From: Narcine bancroftii
Taxonomy: Eukaryota
Direction of reading: 5' to 3'
Assembly: GCF_036971445.1 (NCBI RefSeq)
Contig: NC_091482.1
Location: 55,986,001-56,050,000, forward strand
DNA length: 64,000 bases
Shown here: piece by piece, positions 1 to 12,179 of the stretch
Numbering within the stretch: the first letter of the stretch is position 1
How the letters are laid out: the number at the start of each line of letters is the position of its first letter
Notes under the pieces: model-generated
What the model was told of the DNA's origin: nothing
Databases searched by the model: none
The model's input: only the letters and a program-made list of their open reading frames with translations
Made by a program: the position numbers and the translations under genes

Positions 1-144
1 GCGATGGTCCTCCATTCTGGAGACGTGACCCATCCAGCGCAGCTGGATCTTCAGCAGCGTGGACTCGATGCTGTCGACCTCTGCCATCTCGAGTACTTCG
101 ACGTTAGGGGTGTAAGCGCTCCAATGGATGTTGAGGATGGAGCG
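1..144 (-). mobile_element. RTE-clade (BovB-like) LINE fragment, 5'-truncated, running off the window start
   Basis: Reverse complement is nearly identical to 53571-53714 of the RTE copy (RSILNIHWSA...EVLEMAEVDSIESTLLKIQLRW). It abuts the L1 inter-ORF region. Confidence 0.9.
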
Positions 145-1557
145 TATACACATGTATACACACTATATATATATACACACATATACCCCTTTACACACAT
201 ACATATAGTTCGTGGTTATTTTTACTCTCGTTACATGTCTTCATCTCTCTGCCTGTTTTGTAGTTGTTCTGCAAATTTTCGTGCTTCCTCCGGATCCGAG
301 AATAGTCTGTTTTGCTGCCCTGGAATAACTATTTTAAGTACCGCTGGGTACTTTAGCATAAATTTATATCCTTTTTTCCATAGGATCGTTTTTGCTGTAT
401 TAAACTCCTTTCTCTTCTTCAGGAGTTCAAAACTTATGTCTGGATAGAAAAAAAATTTTTGACCTTTGTATTCCAGTGGCTTTTTGTCTTCTCTTATTTT
501 CTTCATTGCTTTCTCCAATATATTTTCTCTTGTTGTATATCTTAAGAATTTTTCTAAAATGGATCTTGGTTTTTGTTGTGGCTGTGGTTTCGGGGCTAAT
601 GTTCTATGTGCCCTTTCTATTTCCTGTAATTCTGGTCTCCCTAGGACCCTGGGGATCCAATCTTTTATAAATTCTCTCATATTCTTGCCTTCTTCATCTT
701 CCTTATGGCCCACTATTTTTATATAATTTCTTCTATTATAATTTTCCATTATATCTATCTTCTGAGCTAACAGCTCTTGTGTCTCTTTAACCTTTTTATT
801 AGATTCTTCTAATTTATTTTTTAAGTCCTCTACTTCCACTTCTATGGCTGTTTCTCATTCTTCCACCTTGTCCACTCTTTTTCCTATATCTGACATGACC
901 ATCTCTAATCTATTCATTTTTTCTTTTGCACTTTTAATTCTTCTTTTTATTTCACTAAATTCTTGTAATTGCCATTCTTTTACTGATTCCATATATTCTT
1001 TAAAAAAAATATATCCATTGTCTTGCTTTCCCTTCTTCTTCCATTTCTCTATGTTCTTCTTCTTCTTCTTCCTCTGGGTTGTTTCCTTGTTTTCTTTTTA
1101 CTCTCTTCTTTCTTGTTCTCTTTATTTTCTATGTTCTCTTCCTGTTGTTGTGTTGCAGCTGTCATCCTCAGCTGTGGAGATCGACTCCTCAGCTGGTCCC
1201 CCCTCCCGTCAGTGTTTTTTTTTATGCGTGGTTGCGCACTTTTACTTGGCTCCGTGAGCCATTTTTGTAGTCCTGAGCTCGGGACTTCAACTGACCTTAG
1301 GGAGCAGGCTTCTCTCTCCGCGATGGGCCTCCTCGGATAGGTAAGGCCTTCACCTTCTTCTTCCGACGTTCTTTCTTCTTCTCTTCTTCCCGTTACTTTC
1401 GACTTTTCTTTCTTCGCTGCCATTTTCTTCCCACCTTTACTTTCACTTTGTTTTAATTTTTATGCTTGTGCCTTTGCGTATTGTGTATTTTTTTTAAACT
1501 TTTCCGGAGAGGGCTGGAGTTCCCTGACCGGCCACTACTCCATCACGTGACTCCTCG
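145..1557 (-). mobile_element. L1 (LINE-1) 5' portion: 5'UTR, disrupted ORF1 and inter-ORF spacer
   Basis: ORF1 starts MAAKKEK at 1423 and ends at 231, with frameshifts and one TGA. Typical ORF1p motifs: ENYNRRNYIKIVG, EIERAHR, FFYPDIS, LKYPA. The GC-rich 5'UTR begins GAGGAGTCACGTGATGG. Confidence 0.9.
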
Positions 1558-2264
1558 GAAGGGAATCTCTTTCAATACATCTCCAAAATGGCAGACAAAG
1601 CCTCCAACGATGGCATCCTTACAATGGGGAAACCTGTATTCCACTTGAAGCCATAGAACAACTATGTGTGGCATGAAAAATAAAGCTAATTATTCAGGCC
1701 TCAAAGTAATGAATGCCTGTGAACTCCTTCAGACAAAAGTATTGGGATATACAATAAATATCTCAAACTCCAAACGAGAGATGTTAATGACCATAATAAT
1801 ATTACACTTCTAAATCAGTGATTGCTTTATATTTCTACAATGGAGGTTGAGGATGAAAGTGCAGGCATCTTTACTAAATGCCAGTACCACGTGCATTAAC
1901 CTTTACTGGGTTTCAGGATGACGCCTCTGGTAGGATTGTGCTATCTGCTCTGAGGTTCTCTCACATCTTTCCATGTTGGTTACTCATTCCTCCAGCCATT
2001 CATCAATCCTAATGGTATTTGAACATCTGGGCAGGAGGTAGTGTTCCCAACACATCACTCCCTGAAGACTTTTTATTCAGCTTAAAGACCACAAACATCA
2101 CATTTTAGTTCAATCAAATCAACCAACGACCAACTTGCACGTAAATGATGTTTCCTTTGAAAAGCATTTGAGGGGATTGTCTTTTCTGCTACAGAGTACA
2201 GTTACCCATCTGCGGTTAATATGGACCATTCCTGAAGAGTTGAACTCAAAAATGACAGTATCTG

Positions 2265-2605
2265 TGTGGTGCTATACCACCGGCCAACTGCAGGGGGCAA
2301 CCTCTGTACCTGCAGGAGTGTACTGCTGGCCGACTGCAAGGGGCAACCTCTGTACCTGCAGGAGAGTAAAGGGGACAGGACTACACCTGGCCGGCTGTCA
2401 ATAAGTCGTCCTGAATGGATCAAGCCCCACCCGGTCAGGTGTCAATTATCCTCCGGGATATAAGCCTGTGCTAGCCTCCGAGTTACTGCAGTTACTCACT
2501 CAGAGTTACAGCCAGCCTGGCTCTGTGGAAGTCTTTGTGGATTAAAGCCTGTTGTACAGTCTTTACCTCGTGTGTGTGTCTGGTTCTGTCTAACAGCACA
2601 CCACA
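2265..2605 (+). mobile_element. Solo LTR
   Basis: TGTGGTG...CACCACA inverted termini; flanks ATCTG/CTCTG (TSD with 1 mismatch); internal tandem copy of CTGCAGGGGGCAACCTCTGTACCTGCAGGAG; TATA-like GATATAA near 2457; ATTAAA at 2541. Confidence 0.8.
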
Positions 2606-3639
2606 CTCTGTAATAAATAAGCACTGAATGTTGATTGATTTCATAATCTGCTTTCTTAATACTTTACAGAATTGCTCTTACAGCTTCATTGCAAACAAGG
2701 TAGGCCTGTACAATTTACATAACAATGTAAGCATACTCATTGGCCTCCATATCAGAAGCAAATTAACAACCACAGGGCCCAAAAAGTCACATTCCCCTAA
2801 TTTTGTGCAACTTTATTTTAAATCAACTGTTTGTACCATCTCAAACACAGCAAATTCCCAGTTTGGATGACCACATCTATTTTTAAAATTAAGTTTTTAG
2901 TGCATATTTTGGCAAGTTTATATTATTACATTAACAAATCTCTGCAATATTACACTTTAAAATCTTATATGTTAAATCCCTGCTTTGGCTTGGAAGAAAA
3001 AGTCAACATTATCAAAATGCATCAACTGTGTGTCCTATGTTTCAAAAAGCAATCAACTTCATTAGTGTTGAGGCTGCAATTTGACAGAGGAAATCTGAAT
3101 GAACTCTGCTTCACCACAGATGATAAACATCAGTAGATATTTAAAGCCTTTTTCACTTGCCCTTTGATGCATTTTGAGCAATTGTTCTATTTGTCAAGGT
3201 GAAAACTTACACATATTCTGAAAAGGTATTTTAAGTTTTAATGTTTATGGTTTGCATGATTCGATTTGTAACCCAGTAAATTTCTTGCGAGATTCATAAT
3301 TTTATTTTTTCATTATGATGAGTTTCAGGTTTTCTTTTGGAAAGAGAACACCCATTCCTTTGTTCAAAAGGATATTTTTACAAGTAGTCCTAGTTAATGT
3401 ATTACAAAGTTGAAAATAAAAAAAGGAACAAAATATATTAATAAATGACAAAAAAAACTATAATATTCTCAATTTCTGCCTTGTGATTCAGCAGATACAC
3501 CAATGACCGAGGAACATTCTATTTTAGCTCCTTGATATTTGCTGATTTCAATATTGTCACTCTTGTCCCAACGTTTTTCTTTCACTGCAGCATTAGAAAG
3601 TATGTGTTCCATTTCAAAAATCAAAAAGTCAGCTTTTAC

Positions 3640-3740
3640 CAGCTTATAAGGCTTCTGAAAATGGGCAACCAATATTTTGATGCAGCAAGTAGTTTAAATT
3701 TTCCCATCACATACTCCAAGCAATCTAAGGCATGTATTTC
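3640..3740 (-). pseudogene. Candidate exon of the decayed minus-strand gene
   Basis: attcatttcag|GAAATA...AGCTG|gtaaaa; 101 nt; open in phase 0 (EIHALDCLEYVMGKFKLLAASKYWLPIFRSLIS). Unique sequence. Confidence 0.35.
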
Positions 3741-4822
3741 CTGAAATGAATAAAGTTATCAAAAGGTGAAAGTTTATGGCCGAGGCGAGTACAAAGCTAG
3801 TAATTTTCCATTTTCTTTCGACTGCTTTTTTTTTTAAAAAATGCAGCTAGGTTCACCCACCAAATGTGAACTACAAATGAACACTTTGACATTATTTTAA
3901 TAGTAGAACTTCCTTCCATCACTGAGAAAAAACACAATACAAGCTTCAATTACATAGGCTTGGCTGCCTCATTCACTTCTCCATTTGGACTAGAGCACTT
4001 AACCTTCTATAGAGAATTTTCACGCTTCATTTTCCATTCCATCAAGAATCAGATGAGAGTAAACAATGTGAGTCTCTGTCTGAACACTGTCATCTACCGC
4101 ACATGTCGCCGTCTAGTAATAATATTGAAAATATAATTGATTTTAACAGATAAGCTGTGTCCCAAGTCCCAGCTTAATCACAGAACTTAAAACACAATCA
4201 TATGTAGTCCAGCAACAATATATTTAATAAAATCTGACATGAGTTTATTTCTTCAATATTATTTCACATCCTCACTCAAAAGCATTAATTTGATATAGAT
4301 GATGTTCTTTCTTTCCAGTACTTCAACTGGATTGAAAAATACAAAACAAGATGTAAAAATGCTCAATGTAAATAGATTGTTATTCACGGTGTCATTTGTT
4401 TTCGATCCTAATAATCATTGCTGGAGTCTACTAATTCTAATGCCCAGAAATCATACCATTGAACTGAAATGTACAAATGCAATGCATCTACATCAAGTTT
4501 CAATTTTTAACATTTTAATGATATCATGCTAGAAATTCTGCTAAAATTGCAGTGGACAGTTTTATCCTATGGCACAATTTCAAATCTATATGGTTTCTTA
4601 CAGAACCACGGAGACAAGTTGTGGTATTTCAAGAGGAAATTATACAGCTGATGGCAGGATTCTTGAAATCATTGATATGCAGAGAGATCCAAAGCAGAAT
4701 TTAACTCAGATTCTATTGCCTAGCCATTTCACTTGTCCATTAATATTGTGGATGAGATGAGAAATATCTAAACCAGTCGCTATGCTTACACATCAAATTT
4801 TCGTTGTAATTGAGACCCGAAA

Positions 4823-5302
4823 TGTTGGGATGGAGAGGCTGTTGGGATGGAGAGGCTGTTGGGATGGAGAGGCTGTTGGGATGGAGAGGCTGTTGGGATG
4901 GAGAGGCTGTTGGGATGGAGAGGCTGTTGGGATGGAGAGGCTGTTGGGATGGAGAGGCTGTTGGGATGGAGAGGCTGTTGGGATGGAGAGGCTGTTGGGA
5001 TGGAGAGGCTGTTAGGATGGAGAGGCTGTTGGAATGGAGTGGCTGTTGGGATGGAGAGGCTGTTGGGATGGAGAGGCTGTTGGGATGGAGAGGCTGTTGG
5101 GATGGAGAGGCTGTTGGAATGGAGAGGCTGTTGGGAATGGAGAGGCTGTTGGTAATGGAGAGGCTGTTGGTAATGGAGAGGCTGTTGGGAATGGAGAGGC
5201 TGTTGGGAATGGAGAGGCCGTTGGGATGGAGAGGCTGTTGGGAATGGAGAGGCTGTTGGGAATGGAGAGGCTGTTGGGAATGGAGAGGCTGTTGGGATGG
5301 AG
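4823..5302. repeat. Minisatellite with 17-bp unit TGTTGGGATGGAGAGGC, about 28 copies
   Basis: Directly visible tandem array; 18-bp variants (GGGAATGG, GGTAATGG) cluster in the 3' third. Confidence 0.97.
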
Positions 5303-5754
5303 GGCGGGTGAATCGCAATAGGCAGTTACTACCTCCAGTATCGAGTCATTGTATTGGGTTGAAGGCAAAGACAGATTCCATGGTTGCTCTTCAACCATAA
5401 TAATATGATCATGTGTGCACTAAACATTTGCTATTCTTAAATTATTATGGTGCTTAGTAGTTGACAAAACTCGCAATATAGTTCAAGAACCATCCACCAA
5501 TAAGTGGTAAGAAACTTATTAAATTACCAACATGAATCAAAAGCAGCTGGAAATTTTGTTCGTGAAAATTAGCATTGCATCTCCAAAGTTACAAGTCATG
5601 GGGCCAAACAAAACAGGAACAGCCTTTTCGCAATGCCCATGCTGATCGTCAAGTACCTTCTTATACTCATTGCATTTAGGAGCACTTGGTATCTAGTTGC
5701 TCTGCCTTGGTTATTCAAGCACTCATCCATTTCATCTGGATTTGAATCAACCTC

Positions 5755-6095
5755 TGGATAAACAGGTTCTCCCTCAAATCCCATTAAAAAAACTTTTCAC
5801 CCAAAAATATTGCCCTTCTCTTTAGAAACATCTGTCTTAAAGTAAAATTGCTTACTCTCCAGGGGTGATGTGCTACTAGAGCTCTGCTCTCCAGGTACTT
5901 CCTCATCACCATTTTTGGTGAGCTCCGGCACAAAAAAAAATTAGCACTCCACCCCTATTACTCATTCTTCTATCCATGCATCTGTTAACTTTGCATACTT
6001 CTATCAGGTCTCCCTTTACCATCCCCTGCTCCAAAGAAAACAAATTGAGCCTGTCTAATCTCTCCTCATAATTTGAATTCCTGGGAATCACTTTC
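5755..6095 (-). mobile_element. CR1 LINE 3' fragment, interrupted by a mini-MITE
   Basis: Translation YEERLDRLNLFSLEQGMVKGDLIEVCK resembles the CR1 ORF2 C-terminal YEERL..LGLFSLERRRLRGDLIEVYK motif. Confidence 0.75.
5860..5957. mobile_element. hAT-type mini-MITE (about 98 bp)
   Basis: TIRs CAGGGGTGATGTGCTA / TAGCACTCCACCCCTA; degenerate 8-bp TSD TTACTCTC/TTACTCAT. Confidence 0.6.
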
Positions 6096-6140
6096 TCTGA
6101 GGACCTTTCCAGGACTTGACCCTAACCCTAATGGGATTGG

Positions 6141-6981
6141 GAAGAAAGCATGCCAGCACCTCTAGTTTCTTGGCAGTTTGTGGCAGTTCAGTAACGGCAT
6201 CAAAGGTAAAGGTACAGATTCCATTATTGTCATGTAATACTACATTTAGAATGTAGCATACATGAAATTCTTTAACTTTTGTCTACCGTAAGGCAGACAA
6301 AGAGTCACAACCTTGTCCAGTGCCCCTTAGAGAAACCTACAGCACATGGTGTTCCTAGATCTTCCCTCCGAATACTGACCAGGCCGAAGCCTGCTTAGCT
6401 TCTGAGATCAGACAATTTCAGGCTATTAGGCTTGACAAACTTTCACAGATGTGTAATGAAAAAAGTATTGACTGGCTGCGTCAGACTGGTATTGGGGCAT
6501 CAATACCCCAAAGCAGAAATCCCCACAGAAGCTAGTTAACACAGCCCAGTGCATCACAGACAAAACTCTCCCCACCATCACTGACATCTATATGGAACGC
6601 TCCCATTGGAAACCAGCAGCAATCATCAAGAGTCCACCACACCCATGACATGCTCTGTTCTCGCTGCTGCCACAGGGAATGAGGTCTAGATGCCACTCGC
6701 CCCACCAGGTTCAGGAGCAATTATTATCTCTCCACCATCAGATTCCTCAACAGCAGATTATTTAAGGACTTTTACTTTGCACATTATTTATTACTGAACA
6801 TTTATCTTTTGAGTATTTTCACAGTTAATTTGCTTACATGTCTTTCTTTGTTGAATTTTTTCTCTTTTGTAACCATTTCTTTGTCTTGAGTATAGTTTGC
6901 AGAAATTCCGCCCGGCCTGCAGGAGAAATAATCTCAGGGTCCTATGTGACATCATGGATGTGCTCCGACCATAAATTTGAA
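6141..6981 (+). mobile_element. Rex1/Babar LINE 3' fragment, interrupted by a 5S-derived SINE
   Basis: Decayed KKA.Q.LYFL / LTNF.RC.....LTGC coding remnant. The 3' tail (AATCTCAGGGT...ATAAATTTGAA) is shared with the copy at 24459. Confidence 0.7.
6202..6431 (-). mobile_element. 5S-rRNA-derived SINE (SINE3-like)
   Basis: 6334-6425 matches the reverse complement of vertebrate 5S rRNA (CCTACAGCAC..GGT.TTCC; ACTGACCAGGCC; CCTGCTTAGCTTCTGAGATCAGAC). It is followed by about 130 nt of LINE-like tail ending in ACCTTT repeats. Confidence 0.75.
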
Positions 6982-7700
6982 CACTGTCTTTGAAGCATCC
7001 CATCCCAGGTAACATACCCAGCAAATCTCCTCTCTCACCTTTCAAATGCAATCACATCTTTCCTCTGACTAGATTTGAACTAAGTATTCCAAACCGGTGG
7101 CCAAACCAATATTTTACAAAGAAGTACCATAACGAGGTGAAAGGAGGTTGAGTTTTCTCTGCCTTGAAGGACCATTGTAATTAGCTCTATCTTCATTTTA
7201 AAAAATGAATTTACTGGGATTGCTTAGAAACTGCTTTAAATCGTGTAAGGTGATGGAAACCAAACATTGTGCTGGAGGTCCAATTAAAAACATAGCAAAC
7301 ATGATTCACTCCAGGTTAAAAGTAGTTTCAGTGTTATATGACGCAAAAATCCCTCACTATTTAAAGTTAATAGATTTTCTTTTTTTATCCCCCCTCTAGA
7401 AATGAATTCCACACTTTGTTTGCTTCCAAAATTGCCTTATTAACCCATTTCTGTATTTTAGACCACAGAAATTAGGCTCTTGAAAAAATGTTTTAATTTA
7501 AAATCCATTCCATTCTGAATTATTTATTTGAGAGAACACTAATCCAATGTAAAACTTGGTAGTTTTTAGGGCTAAAAGAATTTGTTCAGCATGAATTATT
7601 AGTTCTTAAACCACTAGATAAATCAGTATATTTTCACAACATTTGACAGTAACTATTAGCTCATAAGTATCTTACATTCACATCAATTTAGCTGATTTAC

Positions 7701-7878
7701 CTTGATTTTGTCAGAGAATATTGTATATGGCAGGGTATGGGGAAGTGGTGTAGGCAGATAACTTCAAAATTTTCAATTTAACTGAGGCATGTGTGGTAAT
7801 CGGTCTTGAGATAATCTCAAAGTTGTCAGTTTCAGACTGCAGTATCAGTGCTCACTGATAACGTTAAGTCCACAGGAT
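7701..7878 (-). pseudogene. Candidate exon with premature stops
   Basis: Donor AAG|gtaaat and weak acceptor ccctcccag. The frame ending in phase 0 reads SCGLNVISEH*YCSLKLTTLRLSQDRLPHMPQLN*KF*SYLPTPLPHTLPYTIFSDKIK (all stops TGA). Confidence 0.3.
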
Positions 7879-7956
7879 CTGGGAGGGTTGTCAAGTAAAG
7901 ATTTACTTTATACGACTGGTGACGATGGTATAATATATGGGTTCAGGGTCATCATA

Positions 7957-8458
7957 CAGGTGGTCCCCTGCTTAGGCTGGTCCGACTTACAATTTTTCAA
8001 AGTTACAATGGTTCAAATCCATACTTTCAATTTGAATTCTGATCTGTTCCTGCGCTTGTAATATGCGATACGCTACGCTCTCATGATGCTGGGTGATGGC
8101 AACATTGCACGAGGAAATAGTACAGCAGGGGTCGGTGGCCCAGTACCTTCAACAAGTGTCAATGATGCAGTGCGTTCTAGGAGCTGTTCTCAAGCATCCT
8201 CAGAAGAGTGAAATTGATGACCCTGTCATGACCCGAGCATCCTCACCATCCACAATTTTAGTTCAACGCTTCAAACATTCTTCATCCCCAGTGTGCTTTC
8301 AGCTGTGTACGTTAATAGTTTTTTTCAGTATAGAATAAAGGTATTCAATATTTAATTATTAAAAAATGGTAGGTGCAGTATTCTTTTGACTTAATGATTT
8401 TTCTAACTTACAATAGGTTTGCCTGAATGTAACCCCATCATAAGTTGAGGCGCACCTG
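7957..8458. mobile_element. Tigger/pogo-like (Tc1-mariner) non-autonomous DNA transposon
   Basis: TA|CAGGTGGTCCCCTGCTTAGG ... CATAAGTTGAGGCGCACCTG|TA: imperfect TIRs with TA TSD. Confidence 0.75.
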
Positions 8459-8519
8459 TACCTATCACTGATCTACAAAAATTTAGATCCGCAATTGGCG
8501 TGGGATACCGATGATTCTT

Positions 8520-8660
8520 TCCCATTGAAGGCCTCGAAGAAGGGCTCAGACCTGAAATTGTATCTTTACCTCCCGAGGACACCGAGACCGGCTGAGCTCC
8601 TCCAGCATGTCTGCGTGTTTTTACTCCAATCACAGCGTCTGCAGACTTTTGTGTTTCACT
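8520..8660 (+). mobile_element. Penelope-like element terminal fragment
   Basis: GAAGAAGGGCTCAGACCTGAAA...GCTGAGCTCCTCCAGCA...CTGCAGACTTTTGTGTTTCACT, shared with ends at 27150, 38200 and 54380 that adjoin GIY-YIG remnants. Confidence 0.65.
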
Positions 8661-9753
8661 CCAAACAATTGGGACAAGGCCATACATGGCATGGAGGTGA
8701 GGGAGGTACCTACAGACGCACAAAGAAATAACAGCTGGCTAAGCTGAAACTCTCGGCTTTGTCCAGCTTTCAAAAGTCTCAAAAACAATTTGCTTCTAAA
8801 CATTTCTAGCAAAGAAAAGCTATCGTCATTTCTAAAACTATTGAAAATGTTTAAAACACATTTTTTTAAATATATAGAATACCTAAAATGAATGCAACCA
8901 CAACAAACTAGATAAATTAAAAACAAATCTAACGCATTCAGTCCTTGCAGCCATCTCTTTGATTAACAGCAATGGAATAACTTTCTGAAACAGGAAGGAC
9001 CAGGGATGGGTGATTCCAGTAAATACTCCAGAAGTGGCAGGAAACTTCCAGACTAGGCAACACTAGGATTCCACCAGAGTGTCATCAAGGAATGATCAAC
9101 CAACTACTGTTTGGGAGTTTGCAGCTTCTGCCTTAATGCCCTTGCACAGACAGAAACCCCCTCTCTTGGCACTTGTGGGGGAAATCAATCATGGTTCATA
9201 GAAAATAAAACATCTCTTTGACCTTCTCCAATAAAGCTCCATTTAGAATCTTCCAACAAGTTCCATAGTTCACAATTTGACTCAAACTGCTATGCACCAA
9301 CAATATTATCAGATCCAACATATTTTCTTTGAATTTATCCATAAATAAAAGAGCTCTGTGAATTAAGTTAAGGCAATTTTTCCCCATTCAGTTTCAGTTG
9401 TTGCTCTAAGAGTTTGATTTATTTTGATCTGTCACTTTTAATGACAGATAGCAAATTTCCCTGTGCTGGCAGATCACATTTGCATGCACCTTTTCAATGC
9501 AACTTTTCCTTGCCTCTCTATTTGTTCTATTACATTCAACTTTTATTGTGTTATTCTATCTAAAATTGTACACCTTCTTGTGGAATTAACAAACACCATA
9601 TTTACTGAATCACAGGGGCTGGATAAAATGCGTTAATTTGTTCCTCCACAATTCAGTCCACAAGCATCGACTTAGCCAGTTTCCGAATTTGCTGGAAAGC
9701 TATTGTGTGCGAATGTCACCCATTCACCGTTCATAAATGAACTTTTCATCTTT

Positions 9754-10353
9754 CATAAGAACACAAGATATAGGAGCAGGAATAGGGCACCTGGCCCATT
9801 CAAAGAGATCATGGCTGATCTGATGATAGGCTCATCCCCATCTAACTGCCATTTCCCCATAATTCCTCTGTAAAAATTCTTGTCTTAAATGGATTTACTG
9901 AGGTAGCCTCCACTGCTTCAATGGCAGAGAATTCCACCGATTCACCACTCTCTGAAGAAAGCAGTTCCTCCTCATCTCTGTCCTAAATCTACTTCACTAA
10001 ATCTTGAGGCAATGTCCCCTATTTGTAGTCTCACCTACCAGTGGAAACAATTTAACTACCTCTATCCTATCTATGCCCTTCATAATTTTATACATTTCTA
10101 CAAGATTTCCTCATATTCTTCTGAATTCAAGCAAGCCCCAGATGACTCGATCTCTCCTCATAGGCTAACCCCCTCATCTCTGGAATCTATCTAGTAAGCC
10201 TCCTCTGCACTGCCTCCAAAGCCAGCATATCCCTCCTCAAGAAAGACTAGATTGCCAGCAGTACTCCAGATGCAGCCTCACCAGAACATTGTATAGTTGC
10301 GGCACAACCTCCCTACTTTTAAATTCAAACCCTCTAGCAATGAAGGCCAACAT
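9754..10353 (-). mobile_element. CR1 LINE 3' fragment
   Basis: MLAFIARGFEFKSREVVPQLYNVLVRLHLEYC motif; 3' terminal CATAAGAACAC/TAAGA repeat. Confidence 0.85.
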
Positions 10354-11289
10354 ACATGTACAAGCTGCTAAACATTGTCTTTTTTTTTTAAAACGTCCAT
10401 CTCTTAGGGCATTGCGGAGATCCAAAGAACCAATTTCAACAGCTTCACAAAGGAACTAAACACTGCTACTATTAAAAACAATTATTCTCTCTCTTTGCAG
10501 GAGCTCTTAATCCCATGATTAAATAATCTGTTTAAAACTATCACTTGAAATTGTGCTCTGTATTTTTCTATGAAATATGGGAATCACATATGGTATGATA
10601 TGGAGTGGTTTAGAAGGCAGCTCATAGACAATTAGCCATAAATGCTGGTCTTATCAGCCATAATGAGTTCTACAAATTAATTAAAATAATAATCTTCTGC
10701 ATTGAGCTTCACTGAATTCTGACATTTTCACAGAGCTGTAGATTACAGAGAACATAGGGAAATGGCTAGATTTGTAGTTTTCCCCATCTTTTTCTTTTAT
10801 TAAATGGTGAAGTCTCAGATGTAGACTATACAAACAAATCTAAATGCAATTTAACTCCAACAATAAAATGGATACATTTTAAAAGAGTCTTAATCAAACC
10901 TGCTTCAAACCAGTAATATATAGAGTTCGAGTTAATTGGTCACATTGGTGTATATGGACAGGACAGACTCATGGGCTAAAGGGCCTGCTACCATTTCTAA
11001 ATTTAAAAATAAATTTGACATAGTTAGGCTTTAATTTACATAACCGAGCATGTGTTTTCATAATGGTTAATGAATTTAAGTAATAACTTTTGTTTTATCT
11101 TTCTCAGTAAAACCTGGTAACTGAAGTGAAGTAAAAACTATATCTTGGAGATCTGTGCATCAGTTTTCCAAGATTCTACTTTATTTATGTTCACGTGCTG
11201 AAAAATTGTACCATTATTTGGAAAATATGCTGGTAGACAAATCATTCTATAGCTGAAGACTAACAAATATCCACATCCAGAAAACCATG

Positions 11290-11565
11290 GATCACTGCAA
11301 CACAGAAACAGGCCCTTTGACAGTCTGTGCTAAACTATTATTCTGTGCAGTCCCACTGACCTGCACCCAGAATGTATCTCTCCATACCTCTCCTATCCAT
11401 GTACCTATCCAAATTTTTTCTTGAAGTGTCAAAATTGAGGCTGCATTTAGCAATTCAGCTGGCAGCTCATTCCAGACTCCCACCACTCTGTGTGAAGAAG
11501 TTCTCCCCTTTCACACTTAACCCATGTTTATTAGTTTTTATCTCTCCCAACCTCAGTGGAAGTCG
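11290..11565 (-). mobile_element. CR1 LINE 3' end
   Basis: RVVGVWNELPAE motif and 3'UTR shared with 27810-28295 and 45980-46250. Confidence 0.8.
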
Positions 11566-11814
11566 GTGATAAAGAAATCTGAACAAGGCTGCGACAGTTT
11601 ACAGTCTTGCATTCACTGCTGCAGTAACTTCCATCTTGCGCAGGGAGGGTTGTGTTCCACAAGAACTATTTACGTACGACACTTCTACACTAAGTTATCA
11701 AAGGAAAGTATATATTGTAAGTCATTGTACTATCAAATTATTTATTTATACTTATCATAATTAACAATTTGTGAAAATTGACAAACATTTTACAGCTTTC
11801 ACTTTATCTTTTTT

Positions 11815-12026
11815 AAGACATACAGTACTGTAAAGGCCCTCTTCTGGCCCATGAGCCTGTTCTTCCCAATTACAACCAATTAACCTACAATGCCCAGTAT
11901 GCTTTGAAGGGTGGGAGGAAACTAGAGCACCTGGAAGAAACCCACGTGGACACGGGAGGACGTACAAACTCTTTACAGACAGCGGCTGGCGCTTAATAGT
12001 GTTGCACACACCACCACGCTAACTGT
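11815..12026 (-). mobile_element. tRNA-derived V-SINE (HE1-like)
   Basis: V-domain core on the minus strand: GAGTTTGTACGTCCTCCCGTGTCCACGTGGGTTTCTTCCAGGTGCTCTAGTTTCCTCCCAC. Confidence 0.8.
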
Positions 12027-12179
12027 ATGTTCATTCTTCACGCCCAATATTTGCTTCTCGCTGTAGATCAGCCAATCTCCATTCAATGAGGGCCCTATGC
12101 TCTCTCTTCCCCCATGACTCCCCCCCCCCTTCCTTGGAAACACAGCACATTCAAGGAAAAGCCTCGTTTTCTTTTCACC

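Noticed and set aside
4823-5302. Possible CRISPR array
   Set aside because: Head-to-tail tandem repeat with no unique spacers, no cas genes and a eukaryotic context.
4740-5400. Six overlapping ORFs of 77-196 aa on both strands
   Set aside because: All are produced by the stop-free minisatellite unit; nothing indicates a real protein.
5596-5784. ORF MGFEGEPVYPEVD... as an exon
   Set aside because: Its 5' part is CR1-derived and it has no acceptor.
6334-6431. Functional 5S rRNA gene
   Set aside because: The 5' end is eroded, box C is diverged, it is single rather than arrayed, and it is fused to a LINE-like tail.
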